Part shown: positions 37,801 to 46,267 of the stretch, in pieces
How the letters are laid out: every line of letters begins with the position of its first letter
Position numbering within the stretch: the stretch's first letter is position 1
DNA from: a virus
Lineage: Duplodnaviria; Caudoviricetes
Reading direction: 5' to 3' (one strand)
IMG/VR virus record: IMGVR_UViG_2706796752_000001
Location: 32,001-96,000 of that record
DNA length: 64,000 nucleotides
Made by a program: the position numbers and the translations under genes
The notes under the pieces: model-generated
What the model was told of the DNA's origin: nothing
Seen by the model: the letters and a program-made list of their open reading frames with translations, nothing else
The model's database searches: none

Positions 37801-39527
37801 TCACGTTAAACGACAGAGATGTAGTCAAAGTAGGAGATAAGGTAATACTGAGCGCAGACGTTCGTATGTTAGGTCTTTCTTCTACCGATTCCAAAGATGT
37901 ACAGCTTTTCTGGGAATATGCACCTAACAACAGTGTGACAGTAGCCAAAGCAACAAACCAATGGCAACGTATCTACGTAGAAACAACGTTCACAGCAGGA
38001 ATGTTAACAGAAGCATCTAGAGCTAGATTTGAGGCTCCATCAATACCTGCCGGATGTAAGTTCCAGTTCGCGAACTACATGCTCATTAAGAAGCCGGAAG
38101 TAAACTTAAATCCGCCTTATGAACAAGCTCCGGAAGAGTACCTAGTAAGCAAGTACACGATGAACCAGAACGCATCGTATACAGTATCACCTGACATCAA
38201 GGCGCATCTAGGTAAGCCAATAACAATCGCAGTAGATGTTGAACTAGTTAACGCTAAGCCTATCAATCTCGGTAATGGTTCTAACCGAGTAGGTACCGAG
38301 ATTCAAGCTGCATTTACCGAAGGTCCGAACCAGTATTACGGTGCGTGGCAACGTACAGACAACGTGACCAACTTCAAAGGAAGAATATACAACTGGGTCA
38401 TCTTAACCCCGTCAGTGTATAAAGCGTTGACAGCTGGTATATACATCCAATGTTTCGGTGATTACGTATATGTCGGTTACCCATCTATCTACGCTGGTCA
38501 AGATATTAAAGACCCTTGGAAACCAGCACCAGAAGATATAGGCGCACCAAGTCATCTATACGATACTCAAGAGCTCATTACGTATCTAGCTAATAACAAG
38601 GACCGCACATATTATACATTAGTAGATAATGATATAATAGGTTATAAGCGAATGGAGAAGATTATACCAGTAGCTAAAGTTAATCCTAATTCACCTAAGC
38701 CATTCCCGAAAATTAAGTTCGCTGATAAAGAGTGGTATATGATTCCTCAAGATAAGATAAATGCAGAGGGGGCTGACCACATCTATTACTCAGCTAACAT
38801 AAAAGGTGGAATGCTAGACAACAAGGGTTATCGCGGAGTGTACATTAGCGAGTTCGGCAACGTTAGTCCAGAAGGCGGATTCCAAGATGTAATGACTCCA
38901 GAACAGCTATCTAAGTTTACTCCAGCGAATAGAATCGCAGAGTATCTACCATCGTACAACAAGAACAAGGTAATCAATAGTAACGTAGATACTAACTTCC
39001 CATATGGAGACAGCGAAGTGTTCACATTGTTCAACATGCCACGTCAGTCTCGAGTTACGAAGTGTACGTATACACAAGCACAAGGATACGGAGAGCTTAA
39101 GTGTATCGAACCAAGAGATGCATTCCTTCAGCTAGGGTCGTACAACGAGGTATGGACAGATATCAAAGGTGGAGACGACGTAACAATCTCTGTTGATATG
39201 AGAACAGATGACGACGACGTTCAAATGTACCTTAGAATGTTCTTCTGGGTTAATGGCTATTACGAGAAGAACAGCCCTCTTTATAACATAACTAAAGAGT
39301 GGAAAAGATACACGTTCAAGACACAAGCTAACGCAAACGCAACAGGGACAATGGGACGCATACGATTTGTTGATACTCCTACGAATCTTAACAAGACAGT
39401 TCAGTTAAGAAACATCATGATTAATAAGGGTGTCGATATCCCCTATATTGAAGGTAACAACAAACAAGAACGCATAGACGAGTTAGATATCATCCATGAA
39501 TCTATGATAAAAATAACGAAAGAATAG
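34821..39527 (+). CDS. Baseplate wedge/arm protein extended with multiple carbohydrate-binding-like modules (1568 aa)
   Basis: N-terminal LETATGEWLDEYG..FR..NE.DEDYRRRI (gpI-like); RNLL and PAPED modules. Confidence 0.8.
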   Translation: MSFIKYLHPLWKSMLGKVNDSHTAVVTSIEDAFTDAEKDAMSLITDANLETATGEWLDEYGDIFGVFRKDNEVDEDYRRRIINWILTERGTIGSIKDAIEKWLDDPEADVEIYEPFKNVFFLNKSKLNGPDHLLGRYYTSAVIDVRFTKHVPIEIIDEIRKFKAAGITAKLTRIPNRKRSDYSIQEAKILRSRNYATKSNIWLEMWRPAGIGMVPSSSEKTTLMNPRNVFTNTNTLQSTTTAFPADVATKTISRTHSSLTANPASEQIELPVETAKLINKRRIKMRLNLMKDITQIKTDGDGSTQYWIGMELRVKYTTGVDMWYQCRELPTNSPKYGVGKIDPIPDFNYSDVVLESDYTIDPNRTVDKVWINFITRGLIGTVTLKGARLDVYDEVPTALNANNFTNLPAQSVSYPLSGVPVTDIIGGTNLLVPKSPISYTVTGLANQTTVATTFVAGSSADADDNTVTIAYDYEFIPKDPNAEIDSRASIRLQGTNPYPLFSSTAISKNNLKGRVTKKIYLPLSYVPFNGIGVRSDYLDGTVTITNLKVVKGDYWALNNADWYKQPDLDKLKTADGVELITPSSSTLLSFPSQIMQFDIFKVFTDRYGSNFFNNKPTVKEKQEYIRGFIRNLRVSVKISSTANESNRMYFSSRRWDALSNDWDQKDTIIISSQTGLINDAIVLTPDNVEKYICQDGYVYIAVTGVPHTATDVKTELKTDLFTTRVEFKRGTTIFTTSGFATTPTPDDVSWNPLPSSDYDKLQTNSDTTYISVEQDVTKPTQSPFIMASYYLPDVIEKSIGAHIFRGVDDHQGRVQISKNLLSDLAFRMIARGVLTTGGTTSSGFEMSYYNVGQKRWVPLKTMNTDNTLNFVNADYRIDVPVEWRNSIVDENGYINLALRGRNTDATTTRAAIELTYSELRVGLSLPNPSSVPKGENRNLLLWTKDWGKAYGAAEPNKGLNIWQSNSTVITNETYNGGLIAETSVNWGSLRYKTFTLNDRDVVKVGDKVILSADVRMLGLSSTDSKDVQLFWEYAPNNSVTVAKATNQWQRIYVETTFTAGMLTEASRARFEAPSIPAGCKFQFANYMLIKKPEVNLNPPYEQAPEEYLVSKYTMNQNASYTVSPDIKAHLGKPITIAVDVELVNAKPINLGNGSNRVGTEIQAAFTEGPNQYYGAWQRTDNVTNFKGRIYNWVILTPSVYKALTAGIYIQCFGDYVYVGYPSIYAGQDIKDPWKPAPEDIGAPSHLYDTQELITYLANNKDRTYYTLVDNDIIGYKRMEKIIPVAKVNPNSPKPFPKIKFADKEWYMIPQDKINAEGADHIYYSANIKGGMLDNKGYRGVYISEFGNVSPEGGFQDVMTPEQLSKFTPANRIAEYLPSYNKNKVINSNVDTNFPYGDSEVFTLFNMPRQSRVTKCTYTQAQGYGELKCIEPRDAFLQLGSYNEVWTDIKGGDDVTISVDMRTDDDDVQMYLRMFFWVNGYYEKNSPLYNITKEWKRYTFKTQANANATGTMGRIRFVDTPTNLNKTVQLRNIMINKGVDIPYIEGNNKQERIDELDIIHESMIKITKE

Positions 39528-39538
39528 GAGATTGACAT

Positions 39539-42500
39539 ATGCCTCAAAACATTTACAGAGATAAGCCTTACTATGATAGATTCGATGCCACTAAGAACAG
39601 GACTCAGGTCCTGTTCCAAGGTGACAAAGCCTTACAACAATCTGAGTTAAATGAGCTGCAATCCATCCAGAATCACTATTTAGGTACTCTCGGCGATAGC
39701 ATCTTTAAAGATGGCTCCATCCAAGATGACATGAACTTCCAATTCCTACGTGCAACAACTGACCCTGCATCAGCAATTACGGGTATTAAAGTCCGTAAAG
39801 GTAAGTTATATCTTGCAGGTAAGATTAGAACATTCGAAGAACAGGAGTTAAAAACGTTCACAGGTAAAGGTCACGAAGAAATCGGTGTTAAGTTAACATC
39901 TAGAATCATTACCGCAGCAATGGACCCATCATTACTAGACCTGACACAAGATGTAGAGAACTACCTATCGGAAGGTGCTGATAGACTAGAAGAGAAAGTA
40001 GAGCTTACGTATAATGACCCTAACGCAACTACAATCTATGTATTTGACGATGGTCAGCTATTCACAAAAGCTGTTACACCAGATTCCGATTTAGTCAATA
40101 AGGCAATTGCTACATTCGATAGTGAGACGCTTGGTTCATATCAGATTAACGGATTCGAAATGTACATCAAAGAAGAGCCAGCGAATAGCTCACGTAACTA
40201 TATCACTCTAGTAGTAGATAAAGGTGTGGCTCACGTTAATGGTTGGCGTGTAGAGAAACCATCTACTACTCTTATACAAATACCAAAAGAGCGACACACG
40301 ACAGCTATTACCAACTCTACTTATACAACACAACCGAATAAGCCAATAACATTAAACAGCATGTTTGTCAACAAGATAAACTTCATGTCATCTCAATACC
40401 AGAGTCCATTACAGGCTATGACAAGGGCTTCTACAGGTGATGATGATGCACTACCAAACCAATACACGAATATCAAAGGTGAAGGTTCTATTGTAAAAAC
40501 AAATACAGTAACCTATAAGCATAACCAAGATTACTACTTCGTTACTCGTGGTGGTATCTCATATATCCACTGGGTTGTAGCGGGAGAAGTAGTTGACGGA
40601 AAAACAATCGCAGACCCTAAACGACCAACAGCAGGTACCGCTTACACAGCAAGTTTCACATACGATAAAATTCTTGCAGATAAGATAGACTACACACAAG
40701 CGTACAAGGCTAATGCGAATGGTATCGGCGGAACAACAACTATCACGTTCATCAAAGAACAACCAATTGCAAATGCTATCACTCGTGTCGATTTCGAGAT
40801 AACATTATCTAGGGAAGATATCGTAGCATTAGACGCAAAAGGGAATGTACATGTTCACCAAGGGGAACCAGCTGAAGAAGGACAAGCGACAATCCCTCGT
40901 AACTTGGACCCGTTATCACTAAAGCTAGGTAACATCCATATTTACCCAGACTCGGAGAAAGCAGTAGTTAAGAACACAGCAGTAACGCGACTACGCTTTG
41001 AAGACTTACAGTTAATGAAAGCTAGACTAGAGCATGTAGAGGCAAACCAAGCAGTCCTAGCGCTAGAACGTGTAGCACAAAAAGGACAAGAGCCACTAAG
41101 ACTACGTGGAATATTCGTAGACCCATTTACAGACTTCTCTCGTATCGATAAAGACCTGACGGATGTATCTTACAGCTTTGATGATGCGCATATTACAATC
41201 CCTACCGAAACGCCGGATGACAAAAAGATTCGACCTAGTTTCCTAGAGAACGAGTCTAATGCTAAAGCGTGGGGCGCTAATGGTCGTATCATTACTGCAC
41301 CGTTTAAAGAGACAGCAGAAATTGTTCAGAACATTGCGACTAGTCCTATGAACGTCAACCCATATCAAGTATTCCAAGCAAACGGTACAATTGCATTAAC
41401 TCCGTCTGCTGATAACTGGATTGACGAATCTCGTGTTACGTTGTATAATGAAGAATTTACAACTACGAACATAAACCGTTGGTGGGCTCACCAAGGAGAC
41501 GGGGAGTTCGGACAGTTAAATGACTACAACCAGTGGTTAGTAGATAACACAAACTTACTAGGAGGCGCGCAGTGGAACGAGGCATCTCTTGGTTGGTCTA
41601 AGACAGATAAGGCAGAAGGTGAAATGTGGAGTTCAGCTCAAACGACTCGTAGTGAGATGATTGAGTACATGCGTCAGATTGATGTTAAGTTTAGAGCAGA
41701 TGGATTCGCACCATTAACCTCTGACTACTACATCATGTTCGATGGTGTGAGAGCAGCAGTAACTCCAGATACAGGACACACTGGTGGTATGGCAGGTACA
41801 GCTCGAGCAGATGCTGAAGGTGTTATCCGTGGAACATTTAAGATTCCACAAAACATCCGTACTGGTACTCGTGAGGTAGTAATTACGAATGCTAAAGGTG
41901 ACCCGAATAAACCAATTGGTGATGGACGAGCTATCACAACATTCTCCGCACAAGGTACAGCTAAGATTACAACTGATACGATTACACGTACTCACGTAAC
42001 GTTCCAGTTATATGACCCATTAGCACAATCGTTCGTATTCCCAGCTGCACGTGTTGTATCATCTATCGGCGTTTACTTCGCAACAAAAGATGACAAGCTA
42101 CCTATCATCATGCAGATTCGCGGACTATCGGATGGCGGTAACCCGAACAGAACAGTTTACGCAGAGCGTGTACTAAAACCAAACCAGATTAACGTATCAT
42201 CTACTGGTCTAGTAGAAACAAAGATTGCACTAGATGACCCATTAATGGTTGAAGCTGGAGTTAACTACTGTGTGGTATTCATTACAGATAGTGCGAACTA
42301 CAACATGTGGACAGCTACAATGGGTGAAACAAACATTGCAGATGGAACTGTCGTAACATCTCAACCATACGTTAACGGCGTACTATTCAGTTCTTCTAAC
42401 GCAGTATCTTGGTCAGTTCACCAATCAACAGACTTGAAGTTCAAGGTTTACTCAGCAGAGTTTAACTTAGATAAGGACCCTACAATTGAGTTTGATACGA

Positions 42501-43150
42501 TGCGTAATATTGACTCTAACGGTCTACTGTTAATGGCATCATATCTAACACCAGACAATACAGGTTGTAAGTGGGAAGTTAAGGTTCTACCATCCAACAG
42601 CTCAGGCAATATCAACAGCATGGAGTGGTTACCTCTAGCAAACTACGCGAGCCAACCTACACCGTTCCTAGTGAAAGAGGCGAAGTTACGAGCAACATTC
42701 AAGACAAATAGATATATCTCCCCAATGCTATCTATGGATGACTTACTATTTGTTAACTTCGTAAGTAAGCAGAAAGCTACGTATACATCTCTTAACACGG
42801 AACAACCGGAAGCTCCGTTCGATACACTGACTCTAGCATACAGTGCAAGTCTTCCATCGAACACGAAAGTTACTCCATACGTGCAGCTAGATAGTGCACT
42901 TAACGCAGATGGTTCGTTCAAGTGGATTCAAATCCCAGATACGTATCTCAAGGTGGAGCCAGATAACCAAGAGTTTAACAGATTTGTATACACTGTTAAT
43001 TTAGATACACAGTTAGATGGTAAACCAGAAAGCGATAAGAAAACGTACAAGGCAATCCGCTACAAACTAGAGTTGACTGCACCTAACCGACTAGTTCGAC
43101 CACGTGTTAAAAAGTTAACTGCTTCTGTAATCCAAAGAATAAGAGCATAG
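39539..43150 (+). CDS. Adsorption-associated tail / baseplate protein (DUF4815-like)
   Basis: PYYDRFD, LQQSELNELQ, GADRL, DPLAQSF motifs. Confidence 0.85.
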   Translation: MPQNIYRDKPYYDRFDATKNRTQVLFQGDKALQQSELNELQSIQNHYLGTLGDSIFKDGSIQDDMNFQFLRATTDPASAITGIKVRKGKLYLAGKIRTFEEQELKTFTGKGHEEIGVKLTSRIITAAMDPSLLDLTQDVENYLSEGADRLEEKVELTYNDPNATTIYVFDDGQLFTKAVTPDSDLVNKAIATFDSETLGSYQINGFEMYIKEEPANSSRNYITLVVDKGVAHVNGWRVEKPSTTLIQIPKERHTTAITNSTYTTQPNKPITLNSMFVNKINFMSSQYQSPLQAMTRASTGDDDALPNQYTNIKGEGSIVKTNTVTYKHNQDYYFVTRGGISYIHWVVAGEVVDGKTIADPKRPTAGTAYTASFTYDKILADKIDYTQAYKANANGIGGTTTITFIKEQPIANAITRVDFEITLSREDIVALDAKGNVHVHQGEPAEEGQATIPRNLDPLSLKLGNIHIYPDSEKAVVKNTAVTRLRFEDLQLMKARLEHVEANQAVLALERVAQKGQEPLRLRGIFVDPFTDFSRIDKDLTDVSYSFDDAHITIPTETPDDKKIRPSFLENESNAKAWGANGRIITAPFKETAEIVQNIATSPMNVNPYQVFQANGTIALTPSADNWIDESRVTLYNEEFTTTNINRWWAHQGDGEFGQLNDYNQWLVDNTNLLGGAQWNEASLGWSKTDKAEGEMWSSAQTTRSEMIEYMRQIDVKFRADGFAPLTSDYYIMFDGVRAAVTPDTGHTGGMAGTARADAEGVIRGTFKIPQNIRTGTREVVITNAKGDPNKPIGDGRAITTFSAQGTAKITTDTITRTHVTFQLYDPLAQSFVFPAARVVSSIGVYFATKDDKLPIIMQIRGLSDGGNPNRTVYAERVLKPNQINVSSTGLVETKIALDDPLMVEAGVNYCVVFITDSANYNMWTATMGETNIADGTVVTSQPYVNGVLFSSSNAVSWSVHQSTDLKFKVYSAEFNLDKDPTIEFDTMRNIDSNGLLLMASYLTPDNTGCKWEVKVLPSNSSGNINSMEWLPLANYASQPTPFLVKEAKLRATFKTNRYISPMLSMDDLLFVNFVSKQKATYTSLNTEQPEAPFDTLTLAYSASLPSNTKVTPYVQLDSALNADGSFKWIQIPDTYLKVEPDNQEFNRFVYTVNLDTQLDGKPESDKKTYKAIRYKLELTAPNRLVRPRVKKLTASVIQRIRA

Positions 43151-43160
43151 GAGGAATAAC

Positions 43161-43349
43161 ATGTCAGAATATAGAGCAGCATCCGGCGCGTTGGTCTTTG
43201 TACCAACCGCTGAGATGGAAAGACAGATTGAACAGCAGAACCAAGATTTACGCAATTCTATCAAGCTTAAGCAAGACTTAGAAGACGTGGCGAAGATGAA
43301 GGAAGAGCTAGCAGAAATGATGAGAAAGATGAAAGAGTCCACTACTTAG
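43161..43349 (+). CDS. Small coiled-coil protein ending the tail module
   Basis: SD GGAGG; SGALVFVPT motif; followed by terminator. Confidence 0.75.
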   Translation: MSEYRAASGALVFVPTAEMERQIEQQNQDLRNSIKLKQDLEDVAKMKEELAEMMRKMKESTT

Positions 43350-43362
43350 TGGACTCTTTTTT
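43332..43362 (+). terminator. Terminator at the end of the structural module
   Basis: AAAGAGTCCACTA/TAGTGGACTCTTT inverted repeat plus T tract. Confidence 0.9.
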
Positions 43363-43420
43363 ATTTATAATTTTCAACTCTGCTATACTTAATTTATACA
43401 AAAGAAGAGGAGAGAGTTAA

Positions 43421-45190
43421 ATGATAATTAAGGTAGGTAATAGCTACACAACAGTAGACTTCCAGAATAACGTAAAACTACAAGATGAAGTAAGAGATTA
43501 CATGCATCACCAACTTGGATTAAAGGACCCTCAAGCAATTCACTCACGAGTTTACAAGCTAGGTCATTGGGATGGAATTACAGATTACTATGATATGAAG
43601 AACGATAAATTCCCTACAGGATTCCTTGATAAATTCCTAGAAGGTATTCGTCACATGCAGACATATATAAAGATGTTGACATATACCATTGAAGATGATA
43701 GACCATCACCGCTAATCCATCAAGATTCTATCGATGAGGAAATTACAGTTATTAAAAAAGGTGAAGTGTTAACGCTCCATGATTATCAATACGGTTCCGT
43801 TAAACAGTCACTAGCAGAACAGACTGGAGTTGTTAATCTAGCTACGAATGCAGGTAAAACGTTCCAAGCAACAGGGTTAATCAAGATACTTCAACCACTA
43901 CTTGACAGAGACGAAAGAATATGCTTCATGGTTCACTCAAAAGATATCTTGCAGCAAGCACGAGCATCTATTTGTGAAGGTTTGGGTATTGACATTAAAG
44001 AAACAGGGTTAGTCGGTGAGGGTAAATTTGATGTGAAGGATAAGAAACTAGTATTCGCAATGAGCCCTTCTTTAGCATCTGCTTTATCGGACCCGAAGAA
44101 AGGTGTTTCACTAACAACAAAAGAGCGAATGTTCAAAAAAATGAGTGAAGACATTGCTCCTAGATTCATTGGCACAGTTAATACAAAGACGCTTATTAAA
44201 AACTTCTTGAAGAACTGGACGCCTAAAACAAAGAATGATTTAGAAATTGAAGAGGCTCTTACAGTACTAGCTTACGATAATACGTATTCACAAGCTAAAG
44301 TACAGATGGAGCTTATGGGATTCAAAGTTAAATTCGAGAAAGTACTAGAGAAGAAGAATAAGAAGAACTTCGATAAGTGGAAACAGGCTAATGACTTTGT
44401 CGGCTCTGTACGCGTACTAATCGCCGATGAGTGTCAACGTGCGAAAGGTGATACTTGGTATAACAATGTGTTAGCTATGGAAAATGCACAATATCGAATC
44501 GGTTTAACTGGTACTGTTGACCCTAAAGACGTAATCATGAAACACCGACTAGAAGCACTGTTTGGTAACATTATTGCGAAAGTATCGAATGACGAGATGA
44601 TTCAACGAGGTATTTCTTCTAAACCTAGAATCCGAGTATTAGAGGTCAAGGAACCACGGAACATCGAACTTGCAGAGAACTATCTGGAAGCCTACAAAGT
44701 TGGTATCGCAGAAAATGACTACCGTACTGGACTAGGTGTCAAGATGGCAATTACCTTCTACGAAGCAAAGAGAGCCGGAGTAGTTCTCACAGTTACTCAT
44801 ATTGAACATGGTAACAGAGCTGTCGCAATGTTGCAAGAAAAAGGTTACGAAGTTGGATTCCTTCATGGGGAGCTTACATTAGAAGAGCGTACCGAATTAT
44901 TAACTAGATTTGATAGTAACGAGCTCCACTTCTTGGTAGCTTCTACCATTATCGATGAAGGTATCTCCATCAACTCAATCGGATGTATGGTTTTACTAAA
45001 CGGTGGTAAATCGATGAGACAGATTCTACAGCGTATCGGTCGTGGACTTCGTCTTAACGGAGTGGACGGAAACCAAACTGTAATTTTCGATTTTGTCGAC
45101 ATGACTCACCGGATACTAAAATCCCACAGTAAAGAGCGTTTGCGCCTATACAAAGAAGAAAAGTTCGATGTGAAGCTAGTAAAACTTTAA
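43421..45190 (+). CDS. Superfamily 2 (UvsW-like) DNA helicase
   Basis: ATNAGKT, LIADECQ, GLTGT, IDEGISI, QRIGRGLR. Confidence 0.93.
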   Translation: MIIKVGNSYTTVDFQNNVKLQDEVRDYMHHQLGLKDPQAIHSRVYKLGHWDGITDYYDMKNDKFPTGFLDKFLEGIRHMQTYIKMLTYTIEDDRPSPLIHQDSIDEEITVIKKGEVLTLHDYQYGSVKQSLAEQTGVVNLATNAGKTFQATGLIKILQPLLDRDERICFMVHSKDILQQARASICEGLGIDIKETGLVGEGKFDVKDKKLVFAMSPSLASALSDPKKGVSLTTKERMFKKMSEDIAPRFIGTVNTKTLIKNFLKNWTPKTKNDLEIEEALTVLAYDNTYSQAKVQMELMGFKVKFEKVLEKKNKKNFDKWKQANDFVGSVRVLIADECQRAKGDTWYNNVLAMENAQYRIGLTGTVDPKDVIMKHRLEALFGNIIAKVSNDEMIQRGISSKPRIRVLEVKEPRNIELAENYLEAYKVGIAENDYRTGLGVKMAITFYEAKRAGVVLTVTHIEHGNRAVAMLQEKGYEVGFLHGELTLEERTELLTRFDSNELHFLVASTIIDEGISINSIGCMVLLNGGKSMRQILQRIGRGLRLNGVDGNQTVIFDFVDMTHRILKSHSKERLRLYKEEKFDVKLVKL

Positions 45191-45206
45191 TAGTAACTGT
45201 CCTACT

Positions 45207-45237
45207 AAGAGAAATAGTTGTTGCTATTTCTCTTTTT
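45207..45237 (+). terminator. Intrinsic terminator
   Basis: AAGAGAAATAG/CTATTTCTCTT plus T tract. Confidence 0.85.
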
Positions 45238-45286
45238 CTATTATATACTTCGTAATATATTAAAAACAACAAAGGGGATGTTACAT

Positions 45287-46120
45287 ATGGCTAAGACAAA
45301 CATAGAGTTAGTTGCATGCGAAGAAACATATAATAGTTTAGTAACTTTCAAATCAGTGGACGAGCTTAACGAAGTAGTTCGTGTTTACCGTGACGAAATT
45401 AAGAAGTTGGATATCCGCGGGGATATGAAACAGAACTTATCGAAACTTATCATGATTATTAAGGAGCATAGCTGCAAGTACTTCGGCGTGAGCTTTTTAA
45501 CAAAACGTTCTATGTCTAAGATTTTAGAAGTTAGCTATAAAACGATTCAACGATTAATGATTCGTCTTCGTGATTTAGGTATGGTAAAGGAGTACGATAT
45601 GAAGCGCCCTTCAGATATGAGACAGACATCAAATATCGTTACAATTCAACCAATCGTAAAAGAGGAAGAGTCCAACAAGGAACCTGCAAAAACACCTGTT
45701 AAATGTCCGACTAAAAAAACAACTACTCAAGACCTTAAAACAAATACATTTAAAACATATAAACAACGTAATAATAATAGCTCTACTGAAGATACATTAA
45801 ACAACTTAAAGAGTGCGGAATTTGTAGCTCACTGGGTAAATCCACGTTTCACTAATCTAGCAAACTCTTATTTCTCTAAAGCGAAAACAATCGAAGAGCT
45901 ATGGAGAGTAGTGTTACAAAACAATACAACAGCAGCATTCAACAAAGAGCAGGAAGCCCACATTGGTTACATCGCGCTTAAAGAGTTAGTTATGAAAATG
46001 AAATCTGGTACACGATTCACAAAATCTATCTTCGCTTACTTCCACGGAGTAGTGGACAAGCTTATGGGTAAATTCTACTTTGACAAGAAGTTCATGGACG
46101 AGGAAAACCTCGAGTTTTAA
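45287..46120 (+). CDS. HTH-domain Rep-like protein
   Basis: TKRSMSKILEVSYKTIQRLMIRLRDLGMV winged HTH; K/T/N-rich linker; start at 45287 after AAGGGG. Confidence 0.65.
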   Translation: MAKTNIELVACEETYNSLVTFKSVDELNEVVRVYRDEIKKLDIRGDMKQNLSKLIMIIKEHSCKYFGVSFLTKRSMSKILEVSYKTIQRLMIRLRDLGMVKEYDMKRPSDMRQTSNIVTIQPIVKEEESNKEPAKTPVKCPTKKTTTQDLKTNTFKTYKQRNNNSSTEDTLNNLKSAEFVAHWVNPRFTNLANSYFSKAKTIEELWRVVLQNNTTAAFNKEQEAHIGYIALKELVMKMKSGTRFTKSIFAYFHGVVDKLMGKFYFDKKFMDEENLEF

Positions 46121-46183
46121 TCCTGTGTTATAATAGTTATACACAACTAAATACGTCCTTTTACAGACAATTCACAAAACATC

Positions 46184-46212
46184 TTGACAATTACAAACAA
46201 GTGTGCTATACT
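46184..46212 (+). promoter_or_regulatory. Sigma-A-type promoter
   Basis: TTGACA-17-TATACT with extended TG. Confidence 0.8.
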
Positions 46213-46267
46213 GTCTATGTTACAAATCTATCTAGGGTGTATAACTAAATAATAAGGAGAAGAGAAC

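Noticed and set aside
21823-43150. Diversity-generating retroelement or invertible tail-fibre cassette
   Set aside because: No reverse transcriptase or invertase in the window and no near-identical nucleotide repeats noticed; module similarity is only at diverged protein level.
43421-45190. Intein or intron in the helicase (also checked RNR alpha and dUTPase)
   Set aside because: ORFs are continuous and of expected size or lack C/S...HN intein termini and LAGLIDADG motifs.
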